The notes under the pieces were generated by a model. It saw nothing but the letters and a program-made list of their open reading frames with translations. It made no database searches and was not told the origin of the DNA. 64,000 nt of DNA, from the NCBI GenBank assembly GCA_964016885.1, contig OZ024741.1, positions 252,650,001 through 252,714,000 on the forward strand, given 5' to 3'. This document shows positions 52,219-64,000 of this stretch, in pieces (positions within the stretch are counted from its first letter, which is position 1; the number at the start of each line of letters is the position of its first letter). Origin of the DNA: Eledone cirrhosa. Lineage: Eukaryota. Both the position numbers and the translations under genes were made by a program.

Positions 52219-54153
52219 AATATAAGTATGTATACGTACATACATATATGTATACAGACGTACAGTAGTATGTATATATATATATATATACATACATGCA
52301 CACACATATATATATGTATGTATGGATTCACCGAACATTTATTATAATGCTCGGTGTGTTTGTAAACAAACATCCCGTATTAAGTCGTAGTGTCTAGCAA
52401 CCATTGTTGCTCGTTTGTTCAACACTGACAAAGGAACGCTGTACTAGTTTCAAGCTTATTAGCTATCGTCAGCAATGTATACCTTCCTGCCAGAGGATTG
52501 AATGTCTGAAAGTACATACTTTCTTTATGCATATTAATGGCCGAGCACCCTAATTTGCATATCGAGTGAGTTAATCGGCCGGGTGCACCGAAAACGATAA
52601 ACGGAAAAAATGTTTACAAACACACCAAGCATTATAATAAATGTTCGGTGAATCCATACGTACATATATATATATGTGTGCATGTATGTATATATATATA
52701 CATACTAGATGAGATGCAGTTTGGTTTTGTGCCTGGGAAGAGTACAACAGATGCCCTCTTCTTGGTGAGACAATTGCAAGAGAGGTTCTTAGAGAAGAAT
52801 AAGCCACTATACTTAGCCTTTGTTGACCTAGAGAAGGCCTTTGATAGGGTACCCCGATCTGTCATCTGGTGGTCCATAAGGAAGCTAGGTGTTGAGGAAT
52901 GGCTTGTGAGGACAGTGCAAACTTTGTACAGAGGTACTCTCAGTAAAGTCAGGGTAGGAATGGAGTTTAGTGAGGAATTCCAGATACAAGTAGGAGTACA
53001 TCAGGGTTCGGTCCTCAGCCCGCTCTTGTTCATTATAGTCCTCCAAGCCATAACAGAGGAGTTTAAGACTGGTTGTCCATGGGAACTTCTCTATGCTGAC
53101 GATCTGGTTCTTATAGCAGAATCAGTAGAGGCGCTAGAGAATAAATTCTGGCTATGGAAACAGCAGTTGGAAGCAAGAGGACTGAGAGTGAATCTAGCTA
53201 AGACAAAAGTGTTGATGAGTAGAAAAGAGGACAAAACCCTGATTCCGTCAGGGAAATGGCCATGTTCGATATGCAGAAAAGGAACTGGCATAAATTCTAT
53301 AAAATGCACACAATGCAGATCCTGGGTACACAAGAGATGTAGAGGGATAGCAGGCAAACTAACAGGTAGGGAGAAATATGTATGCAGTAGATGTACAGGG
53401 AAATTAGACAGTAGAAGTCGCACTGATAGACACATTTTTCAAATGCAAGAGGGCGCTATAGAAGTGGTGGATAGCTTCCGGTACCTAGGAGATCAGATTA
53501 GCATGGGAGGAGGGTGTTCCGAGGCCATAGTATCTAGAATAAGGACGGGTTGGAAGAAGTTTAGGGAGCTGCTTCCTCTGTTGACGAAGAAGGGTTTCTC
53601 CCTGCGTACGAAAGGCCAGTTGTATGATGCCTGTGTGAGGAGCGCGATGCTGCATGGTAGTGAGACATGGGCAGCAACTGCAGAGGATATGCAATGGCTG
53701 GAGAGAAATGAGGCAAGCATGCTCCGTTGGATGTGCAGTGTAAATGTGCGTGAACGACCCAGCATAAATGTGTTGAGAGAGAAACTGTGTCTGAGAGAGA
53801 TAGAATGTAGTGTACGGGAGAGGAGACTGAGGTGGTATGGACATGTGATGCGCATGGAGGATGACCGATGGGTGAAGAAGTGCCAGGAATTGCCAGTTGA
53901 AGGAAGACGTGGTAGAGGTAGACCACGAAAAACATGGGCGGAGGTGGTGAGAACAGACCTCAGATCATTGAAGCTCACGGTGGAGATGACGAGGGACCGA
54001 GACGAGTGGAGAGATGCTGTGCTGAATAAGACCCGTCCCACCCTTGCAAGCAGGGAAAAGCGGACATAAAATTATGATGATGATGATGATGATGATGATG
54101 ATACTACTGTACGTCTGTATACATATATGTATGTATGTATACATACTTATATT
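52219..54153. mobile_element. Foldback/MITE-like element with ~150-bp inverted arms; right arm split by an RTE insertion
   Basis: Core arm tggattcaccgaacatttattataatgc..ggtgtgtttgtaaaca (52323-52368) and its inverse at 52611-52656; the symmetry continues outward and resumes at 54101. Confidence 0.75.
52708..54100 (+). mobile_element. 5'-truncated RTE LINE with open RT ORF, PHD insert, (TGA)n tail and ATACTA TSD
   Basis: DEMQFGF...FVDLEKAFD...YADD...CSIC..CTQC..H..C..CSRC..FRYLG...GRPRKTW; TSD at 52702-52707 and 54101-54106. Confidence 0.95.
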
Positions 54154-54576
54154 TAAGTAACAGCTGTACTAAGAGTGAGAAATGAAATTTCGTTTCATTT
54201 TTTCCATTTATATATATGTATATATACACACATGCACCCACATATATGGGTATTCATATATATATATGTATATTTACATATACACACACTTACACCCCAA
54301 ACAGCGTGAAGCAAATGAGTATGCAACATCACTTAGGAAAATGTTTAAACTTAAGATCAAAACTACAAACCTATACCAATACAAACAATGCAGTATGTAT
54401 AAGACACATATGTGATCAAATGAAGTCTGAAACAAAAGGAACCTCAGATGATAAACAATTAAAATCCTATAACACTTCCTTACCAAAGAGATCTTGTTCC
54501 AAAACATATCTCTTGTGTATCTCTCTATACAGCATCCTGGTTAAAATGAAAATCTTTAACCAATTCTTTAGATTAA

Positions 54577-54797
54577 CCCTTTAGTATTTAAACTGGCTGT
54601 ATTTAGCCAGAATTCTCTCACCTCTTTCTGTTCAAACCAGTCATAACCGGCCACACATACTGATGTTAAGGTATTATTCTCAAAATAAATAATATCAAAA
54701 TCTCGTAGATTTGATATTATGTCAGATAATTATGTGAAATAAAGTGTTTACCATGAAAATACAATAGTAAATACAGAGTAGTGTAAATGTTAAAGGG
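54577..54797. mobile_element. piggyBac-type MITE, 221 bp, TTAA TSD
   Basis: Inverted homologue of 10374-10594. Confidence 0.85.
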
Positions 54798-54949
54798 TTA
54801 ATAGATAAAAACTTTCCTCCCTTCCATAGATACCATAAGATCCTGAACAGGCAAACCTTCAGGCTTTCCTAATCTACTATAATGAACCTTGAGTACTTAT
54901 TTAGTAAATATAACTTTAAACATCTCTGTAATAAAAGCAATCCACAAAC

Positions 54950-55480
54950 AGAACTTAATAAGAAATTGCTACCACTCATCTCAACCTTGTACATAAACAT
55001 ACAGCAAACTCAATGAACACATGAATCAATCCCACTCATCTCATTACTACATCTGCACCTACACCAAAAACTTGAACAGGACCTAACTTTAAACAGCATA
55101 TATGTAAAAACTGCAACTGTAGACAACCAGATAAATGCCATTTGATGGGGAAATGTCTCAATCAACTCCAATTTGGATATATATAATTATATCAGAGCAA
55201 CCTCAGTCTTCTTTTTCTTAAATGACTATCTGTACACACACTCATTTAAGAATCCAACCATACCAAAATGAAATGTGATTGCGAAAAACATTTGGCAATT
55301 AAAACAGGGTCGACATAAAAAATCCCATGGTCAATTGTAGAATCTGCTAGGCCTTATAAAGACAAATGACTGGAATGTGAGCTGTGTTTACTCGTAGTAC
55401 TGAAATTCATGACTAGAAGTGACCTATTAAATTCCAGGTATGGCTGGATCTTCAAGTGTCAACTTAAAGCTTTAAAAACA
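54950..55480 (+). pseudogene. Degraded Penelope-like element, GIY-YIG endonuclease region
   Basis: Frameshifted KNCNCRQPDKCHLMGKCL, YIRAT, HSFKNP, IWQLK, WSIVESARPY, CELCL and LLNSR motifs; a further PLE-RT-like FKGLPK near 55900. Confidence 0.6.
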
Positions 55481-56514
55481 ATCCTTGCTAATCCATATCT
55501 TCATCCATTATTCATCTACTTGTCCAACAAATTAACCCCTTCTACACTTCCCCTTAACTATACAACAACACACAACAACCTGCAAACTTTAACATATACA
55601 TAACAATATTAACATATACATATAGAACACATGATATTTACAAACATTGCTGTCAGACTTAAACACCCATACACTTGCCATGGAATACAGGAATAACATT
55701 AAAAATTATGGAATATTCACACTGATGGATAAACTCCAAGTAAATATGACAATTCATGATTCAAACTCATATTCTCTACACATACATTTAGCATTAACAA
55801 CAACACCTACATTTATACACTATATAACTATCATGTTTCTAAGTTCCTCATAAAAATGTATTCTATCATGGTCATAAAACTATTAATACTAAAAATATCC
55901 ACTTCAAAGGTCTACCAAAATTTATATAGCTTGGAGTCACACCAATGCCTATATTTTCCTTTATCTGGCATCAAAGGCAGTTGTCTAATGGACAATGTTA
56001 ATCTTTTTCCTCTTAATCACCATATTTTTTTATTTTCTCCCTCTCCTCTTCACTATTCGTAAAACCATAAACCTTCTGACCCCACTTAAATTTATTAACA
56101 GTTTGGGGTAAACACCCATTTCTTCTATCATTCATTATCTATAGTCAGGATAATTTCGCATTCTAACTACTCCTTAAAAACTTAATGATTCACACACACC
56201 AACAATTGGTCATATACCAAAACATAGGCCATTCCACTGCCATCTAATGCCTTTTTCTTAACTTTCTATGTTTACTCATTTGATGAACTCACACAGGTGG
56301 ATATGTACATGTATGTGTATGGGCATAAATATATATATATATATATATATATATTAAAGGTTAATTAGTCTCTAAAACCCAAACATCTCAATGAAAGAAA
56401 TATCTGTGAAGCAATATTATATATAAAAATTAAATGAGAAAAACCCTCTAATTCTGAGATTATAAACAAGATAGGAAAAAACATTTTTCTATCTAACTTT
56501 GCTTATATATAGAT

Positions 56515-56596
56515 CTCCCTACCATGGTTTTGTATGGGGAAGAATTATTTTTGGAACCAACAATAATTGAAGAATCCACCACACTCTTCAGTGGAG
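56515..56596 (-). ncRNA. Degenerate type I hammerhead motif (GAAA mutated to AAAA)
   Basis: cucca-CUGAAGA-gugugg...ccauac-aAAAC-caug-GUA-gggag; palindromic ACCAUGGU stem III. Confidence 0.55.
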
Positions 56597-56692
56597 TATA
56601 ATTCTTCAAGTCTAAGAGAAATGGAACAAGACGTAATACATATGGTTTCCAAAGCTGAGGCAGCATGGTAAAATAATAACATGCATAGTGTT

Positions 56693-57035
56693 CATCATCA
56701 GCATCATCATCATTTTACGTCCGCTTTTCCCTGCTTGCAAGGGTGGGACGGGAACTGATTTTGGCTTGATTTCTACAGCTGGATGCCCTTCCTAACACCA
56801 ACCTCATTTACAGTGAGTGCTGGGTGCTTTTTTGCCATGGCACCTCCACGACCACTTTGCAGTGGAATGATAGGGACCCCATTCCCTATCGTCTCATTTC
56901 TACAGCTGAGTAAACTGGAGCAATGTGAAATAAAGTGTCTTGCTCAAGGAAACAACACATCACCCAGTCTGAGAATTGAACTCACAACCTTTCGATTGCA
57001 AGGCCAATGCTCTAACCACTAAGCCATGTGCCTCC
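56693..57035 (-). mobile_element. Full-length tRNA/CORE-like/RTE-tail SINE with AGTGTT TSD
   Basis: AGTGTT at 56687-56692 and 57036-57041; near-identical to the 25590 copy. Confidence 0.9.
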
Positions 57036-57269
57036 AGTGTTATGTTCTCAAATCTCTTAAGAGATTATGACTACTTGATAGGCTTATAATGTTACTAGAA
57101 ATAGCAGCTTAAAGACCACAGCTCAACAAATTTTGGAGAAGTTTAATATTAATTAAAGATAAATTAGTCTCTAATACCCAAATAAGCCTAGAGATTTGCA
57201 TGTTTTGTTGCTTAAAATGCATTGGAATGCACTCCTTTGGCTCTTTAGTCAAGTGTGGGTCATGATTAT

Positions 57270-57730
57270 GTATCTTTGAATACTTTGTAAGTCTTGAATT
57301 ATTCAAAAATTCTCTGTCACATGTATCACATCTCAAATTGGCTGCAAGGAGTTGGCCATTCATTATCCATGGTATTTATGCATACTTATGTAGATGACTT
57401 GTATAGCCAGCTTTAGACAGGCTGATTCAATCATATACAATGCATACAAACTGAGGTACAGAGATCTCCAAATGTTGGCCTTCCTTAGCTGCATATTTAA
57501 TATTAGCCCATTTCAGAAAAGATTCTTGAAAAGGTCTTACACCATTAGATATACTGGTGCACTACTTGTTTCTAGCGTATGCCGAAACATCCCAGTGAGA
57601 TGGGTTAATTTTACACTGTATTAAGGAATCTTTCACATAATCCTTGAAATGTAGCTTTTGTTTGTGTAGTGGTTTTGCATGAGGTATTAACTTGCCATAA
57701 AGGACTTTCTCTGATCTAGTTGATCTGTGA
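57270..57730 (-). mobile_element. Old RTE (BovB-like) 3' fragment with C2H2 remnant
   Basis: KVLYGKL...KQKLHFKDYVKDSL..CKINPSHWDVSA and CDTCDREF...L....KIH. Confidence 0.6.
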
Positions 57731-57743
57731 TATATATAATTTA

Positions 57744-59320
57744 CTAGCTGGCCCATCTGGCTGGGGCCCGGCTACCATTGGCGTGTTCTACGGTATCCAG
57801 ATATATATATATAGCTGACATACCTAGCTTTGCTTGGATAAACAGACGATAAGCTGTCTGTGTAGTATAGTATTAATGTTGAAAATATATAGTATAGTAT
57901 TACTGTTAAAAACACATTGTATAGTATTACTGTTGAAAATATATAGTATAGTAATACTGTTGAAAATATATAGTATTACTATTAAAAATATATAGTACAG
58001 TATTACTGTTGAAAATATATAGTATAGAGTTACTGTTGAAAATATATAGTACAGTATTACTGTTGAAAATATATAGTATAGTATTACTGTTGAAAATATA
58101 TAGTATAGTATTACTGTTGAAAATATATAGTACAGTATTACTGTTGAAAATATATAGTATAATATTACTGTTGAAAACATATAGTATAGTATTACTGTTG
58201 AAAATATATAGTATAATATTACTGTTGAAAACATATAGTATAGTATCACTGTTGAAAATATATAGTATGGCATTACTGTTGAAAATATATAGTACAGTAT
58301 TACTGTTGAAAATATATAGTATAGTACAGTATTACTGTTGAAAATATATAGTATAATATTACTGTTGAAAACATATAGTATAGTATTAATGTTGAAAATA
58401 TATAGTACAGTATTACCGTTGAAAATATATAGTATGGCATTACTGTTGAAAATATATAGTACAGTATTACTGTTGAAAATATATAGTATGGCATTACTGT
58501 TGAAAATATATAGTACAGTATCACTGTTGAAAATATATAGTATGGCATTACTGTTGAAAATATATAGTACAGTATTACTGTTGAAAATATATAGCATAGT
58601 ACAGTATTACTGTTGAAAATATATAGTATAATATTACTGTTGAAAACATATAGTATAGTATTAATGTTGAAAATATATAGTACAGTATTACTGTTGAAAA
58701 TATATAGTACAGTACAGTATTACTGTTGAAAATATATAGTACAGTACAGTATTACTGTTGAAAATAAATAGTGTAGCACAGTATTACTGTTGAAAATATG
58801 TAGTACAGTATTACTGTTGAAAATATATAGTATAGTATTACTGTTGAAAATATATAGTATGGCATTACTCTTGAAAATATGTAGTACAGTATTACTGTTG
58901 AAAATATATAGCTTAGTATAGTATTACTGTTGAAAATATATAGGATAGTATTACTGTTGAAAATATATAGTATGGCATTACTGTTGAAAATATGTAGTAC
59001 AGTATTACTGTTGAAAATATATAGCTTAGTATAGTATTACTGTTGAAAATATATAGGATAGTATTACTGTTGAAAATATGTAGTACAGTATTACTGTTGA
59101 AAAGATATAGTACACTACTACAGTTAAAAATGTATAGTATAGTATTACTGTTGAAAATATATACACAAATATATAATTAATTAAAAGTTGGTTAGAAGCG
59201 AAGTCAATGCAGACAGGCAGACATACAGACAGATATTATAAGTGTGCAATGTTATAGTTATGCATCTATCTAAAAAGACAGAGTAAGAAAGAGCGAGGAA
59301 TGTAGTTTTATATATATTAT
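57744..59320 (-). mobile_element. Non-autonomous Helitron-like element carrying a 27-bp satellite array, with two 3' termini
   Basis: Minus-strand termini ...gccgggccccagccagatgggccagCTAG|t (57744) and ...ccaagcaaagctaggtatgtcagCTAT (57811); homology to 12377 and 12478-12570. Confidence 0.6.
57863..59162. repeat. 27-bp minisatellite (tattactgttgaaaatatatagtatag)
   Basis: About 45 units, some of 32 bp. Confidence 0.95.
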
Positions 59321-60219
59321 ATATAATAAAGTACCAGTAATGTACTGGGATAATTGCTGGCCTTGTGCCAAAATTAGAAACAATTTTACTTCTTTTTTAT
59401 ACAACTGTAAATAACATGTTTATGTATGTATATATACGTATATATATATGTATATATACGTCTAACCCATGCTAGCGTGGAAGATGGACACTAAACGATG
59501 ATGATGATGATGATGAAAGGAATGCTCTAATAAAATGTACAAATTAAACTGTCTCTTATTTATGATATTAACACTATATGTATATATATATATATATGAA
59601 CAGCTGACACGCCGTTGGGCCTCGGGCTGGCCGGGGGCCCCGCAACATCACTGGTTATTGACCGCTAAGCATAGGCTTAATCTTTACTCTATATTTTACC
59701 CTGAAACTTTATCGTGACTATCTATAATACACTTAAACTTTTTCATAAAAGCCTCCTTCATTAAATTCTTTAACTAAATCTCCCAAATTTAAACCTAAAC
59801 TTTATTTTTCTAATTTCATTTTAAATGGCATCTTCTAACTCTAAACATAAATTTAACATTTCTAATTGTTAATCGAAATTTCTGTCCATACATTATACCA
59901 TGCAGACACCCACTATATATTACTATAATAGATTTGGCGAAGATATATGTTCTTTGAAAAAACATTTTTCACGGCACTTTCTAGCACGCATGACCAGCTT
60001 GATTGTAACCTGATCTCAACGCTGGCCTCTGTCTTTGATAGGTTGGTAGTAGTACACTATAAGCCTACGCCCCTTCACCAGATGGACATAAGTAGGCTTA
60101 ATAATCACCACTTGAGGGCTGCCGACCGGGGTAGAAGCTGCTAAATGTTCGGTCGCCCTTATGTCTCTGATTTTCAGCCCCATGGATTATGTCTATTATA
60201 TTCCTTTGCTATATTTCGA

Positions 60220-60277
60220 ATACCTGATGATGTCATCGGATTCATACTGAACCCGGTCATTGAAATGTTCATAGTAT
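60220..60277 (+). ncRNA. Type I hammerhead-like motif with imperfect stem II base
   Basis: auac-CUGAUGA-ug..aucggauuca uac ugaacccggu..cau-u-GAAA-uguuca-UA-guau. Confidence 0.6.
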
Positions 60278-60546
60278 AATAAACCTTTCAAGGAATTACA
60301 CCAGCCCAGCCTCCTGTTATTTAATAATAATTAACTCCGTACTCGCACCACCAACTACACAAACGAAGATGGGTGAGTTGCATTATGTCGAGTGGTCTCC
60401 CTAATATTACATCGAGGTTGACCATACAGAATGACCAGTTCTATCCAGTGGTAAACCAACAAACCTAATATATATATAGATACACACACACTATATATAT
60501 ATATACACACACACTATATATACATATATACACACATACACAGATA

Positions 60547-60789
60547 GCGAAGTCAATGTACAGAATGGTTTTCATAATGCAGATAGCCAGTCAAACAGAG
60601 ACATATTATAAGAGCGTGGCGTTATAGCTATGTATCTATCTAAAAAGACAGACCAAGAAAGAGAGAGGAATGTTGTATAACTGGAAGTATTGACATTTGA
60701 AAATTTGGTGCAAATTTGGTGCTGTTTGGTCCAGCTGTTTGGCGAAAAGTTTGTTACATACATACGACCGTCAGCTTTATTAATATAGA
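60547..60789 (-). mobile_element. Helitron 5' end
   Basis: Minus strand a|TCTATATTAATAAAGCTGA..GTATGTATGT; homologous to 12478-12776 and 59198-59303. Confidence 0.65.
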
Positions 60790-60964
60790 TATATAACCTA
60801 TGCTAGCTTGGAAAATGGACATTAAATGATGACGATGATGACGATGATGGTATATATATATAGAGAGAGAGATATTTCCATTTCTGCACTGCTCGTCTCA
60901 ACAATCTTTCTATTTCTTCATTGTACAGTGTCATTTGCTTTGTTTTTTCTGTTTGCCTTTTGCA

Positions 60965-61245
60965 TATCATCATAATCATCATCATTGTTTAACGTCCATT
61001 TTCCATGCTAGCATGGGTTAGACGGGTTGTCCCATTAGAGACAAGTTAAGTCAGGTGACCTTGTCTTGCTCATATAGAACTCTTTCTGACTAGCTTTCTA
61101 TGGCTGGATGCCCTCCCTAATCCCAACCACATTTACAGTGTGTACTGGGAGCTTTTTGTCGTAACTCTTACACAACCACTTTACAGTGGGCTGGGTTCCT
61201 TTTTGCCATGTCACCATCATGACCACTTTACAGTGTGGGCTGGAG
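60965..61245 (-). mobile_element. RTE-tailed SINE 3' half with 2-3 copies of the ~48-bp module
   Basis: aacgtccattttccatgctagcatgggttagac...ggatgccctccctaa...atttacagtg. Confidence 0.7.
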
Positions 61246-62499
61246 GCTTCACTGGATATATGTATGGGAGTAGGTGGGGTGGGTGTTGCATATTATACAT
61301 ATGTTTCATCTTTGGCCTGTGCTCGTGGGGAATGGCATACCATATATTAATTTCTAGTTTAAGCCCAAGACCAACAACGTCAGGGAAAGGACAAAGTTGG
61401 TTAAATCAATCCCAGTACTTGACAAAAGGATGAAATGCAAAGATGACCTTGGTGAGATTTTAAACTCAGAATGTAAAATACAGAACAAATTCCCCAATGG
61501 CATTTTGTTCATTGCTCTACCGATTCCACCAATCAAACCCCAGCATTCCATATATTAGATAATCTAAGATACATTTAATTTAGCTATAATGACAGGTTTT
61601 AAATTATAAGCCTTGCTATGAAAATGCAATATTTTTTGTGTTAGCATTGTTAGTAGTAGTGTTGGAGGTAATTGTTTTGGCAATAGCATTGGTGCTAGTG
61701 GTAGTAGTGTTAGTGGTAATGTTAGTGTTTGTGGTGGTAATGGTATTAGTAGCAATAGCATTGGTCATAGAATTGGTAGTGGTTTTGGTGGTAGCATGGT
61801 TAGTAATAGTGTTGGAGATAGTTGTATTGGCAACATCATTGGTCATAGTATTGTTAGTGGTAGTGACTTTGGTATATATATCATAGCATGGTGGTGGTGG
61901 TGGTGGCAGTGGTGGCAGTGGTGATGGTGGGGGTGATGGTGGTGGGGATGGTAGCGGTGATGGTGATGGTAGTGGTGGTGATGGTAGCGGCGGTGGTGAT
62001 GGTGATGGTGGTGATGGTAGCGGTGGTGGTAATGGTGGTGGTGGTGGCGGTGGTGGTAATGGTGGTGGTGATGGTAGTGGTGGTGCCAGGAAGGATTTAA
62101 TTATGGAAGTAGATGAGTGGTTGAGGGTGGGGGTGTATGTGGAAAAAGGTGGAGGGTGTGTCTACTTCTGTCTTCTCTTCACAGTTCTGATTGATGGATT
62201 GGTTATGTCTGGTATTGATTAGAGATGTATGTCTTAATTCATTCATCATTGATGTCAAGGTTCCTTGTCTCACTTCAACACTAGGAACAGCAGCTGCTAC
62301 ACTAACAATGCCACCAATAATACCGTAACCATCATCATCAACACCATCATAATTACTATCACCATTATTACCATCATCAGCATCCACAAAAATTCTCACC
62401 TGCATTATCCCTGTCTTCATAGTGACAAACACCACCATCACCATCATAACACAATGAACATGATGATCAAGATTATTAGCATCATCCTAATCATCATCA

Positions 62500-64000
62500 T
62501 CATCACCAACAATCACCACCGCCGCCGCCACCACCACCACTACCTACCGCCACCATCTACAAAACACACTACCACCACCATCAACAACACACCATCAGCA
62601 CCACTGCCATCACCACCGCCACTACCACCACCATCAACAACACACCATCACCACCGCCACCGCCACCACCACCACCACTACTACCACCACCATCAACAAC
62701 ACACTACCACCACCACCACTACTGCCACCATCAACAACACACTACCACCACCATCAACAACACACCATCAGCACCACCACCACCACCACCACCACTACCA
62801 CCACCATCAACAACACACCATCACCAACGCCACCACCACCACTACCACCACCATCAACAACACACCATCACCACCACCACCACCACCATCAACAACACAC
62901 CATCAGCACCACCACCACTACCACCACCATCACCAACGCCACCACCACCACTACCGCCACCATCAACAACACACTACCACCACCATCAACAACACACCAT
63001 CAGCAGCACCACCACCACCACCACTACCATCAACAACACACCATCACCACCGCCACCACCACCACCACTAGCACCACCATCAACAACACACTACCACCAC
63101 CATCAACAACACACCATCAGCAGCACCACCACCACCACTACTGCCACCATCAACAACATACCATCAGCACCACCACCACCATCAACAACATACCATCAGC
63201 ACCACCACCAACAGCACTACCACTACCACCACCATCAACAACATACCATCAGCACCACCATCAACAACATACCATCAGCACCATCAACAACATACCGTCA
63301 GCATCATCAACAACAAACCAGCAGCACCACCACCACCACTGCCGCCACCATCAACAACATACCATCAACAACATACCATCAGCACCACCACTACCGCCAC
63401 CATCAACAACATACCATCAGCACCACCACTACCGCCACCATCAACAACATACCATCAGCACCAACACTACCGCCACCATCAACAACATACCATCAGCACC
63501 ACCACCACCACTACCGCCACCATCAACAACATACCATCAGCACCACCACTACCGCCACCATCAACAACATACCATCAGCACCACCACTACCGCCACCATC
63601 AACAACATACCATCAGCACTACCGCCACCATCAACAACATACCATCAGCACCACCACTACCGCCACCATCAACAACATACCATCAGCACCACCACTACCA
63701 CCACCATCAGCACCACCACTACCACCACCATCAGCACCACCACTACCGCCACCATCAACAACATACCATCAGCACCACTACCGCCACCATCAACAACATA
63801 CCATCAGCACCACCACTACCGCCACCATCAACAACATACCATCAGCACCACCACTACCGCCACCATCAACAACATACCATCAGCACCACCACTACCGCCA
63901 CCATCAACAACATACCATCAGCACCACCACTACTGCCACCATCAACAACATACCATCAACACCGCCACCATCAACAACACACTACCACCACCATCAACAA
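62500..64000. repeat. CAC/CAA low complexity grading into a 38-bp minisatellite (catcaacaacataccatcagcaccaccactaccgccac)
   Basis: Regular 38-bp period from about 63360 to the window end. Confidence 0.9.

Noticed and set aside
52648-52707. Start of the 473-aa ORF
   Set aside because: Lies in the foldback arm and TA repeats; RTE homology begins only at ~52705-52708.
57863-59162. Regular 27-bp repeats resembling a CRISPR array (also the 48-bp array at 5858)
   Set aside because: Head-to-tail units with no unique spacers, no cas genes, eukaryotic context.

Overview
Repeat-rich, AT-rich eukaryotic DNA, most likely a coleoid cephalopod (octopus-like); this is inferred from the single-large-exon protocadherin, the SINE families and the microsatellite load. 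The one clear host gene is a protocadherin on the minus strand, whose large ectodomain exon (about 34954-37382) encodes a signal peptide, six cadherin repeats, a TM helix and the start of the cytoplasmic tail. The rest is mobile DNA and tandem repeats: three fairly young RTE-clade LINE copies plus older fragments, a decayed near-full-length L1/Tx1 LINE with two extra 3' ends, two tRNA-derived SINE families (one carrying the RTE tail), Helitron pieces, piggyBac-, hAT- and foldback-type MITEs, Penelope-like remnants and many mini/microsatellites. The most notable signals are (i) several minimal type I hammerhead ribozyme motifs, two related copies of which show a compensatory stem change, (ii) a complete C4HC3 PHD finger inserted inside the RT of the RTE family, (iii) a strong CTCF/CGCT-type motif about 10 kb upstream of the protocadherin exon, and (iv) nested TE structures resolvable to the base. 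All calls were made by eye; no searches or folding programs were run, and repeat boundaries are approximate.
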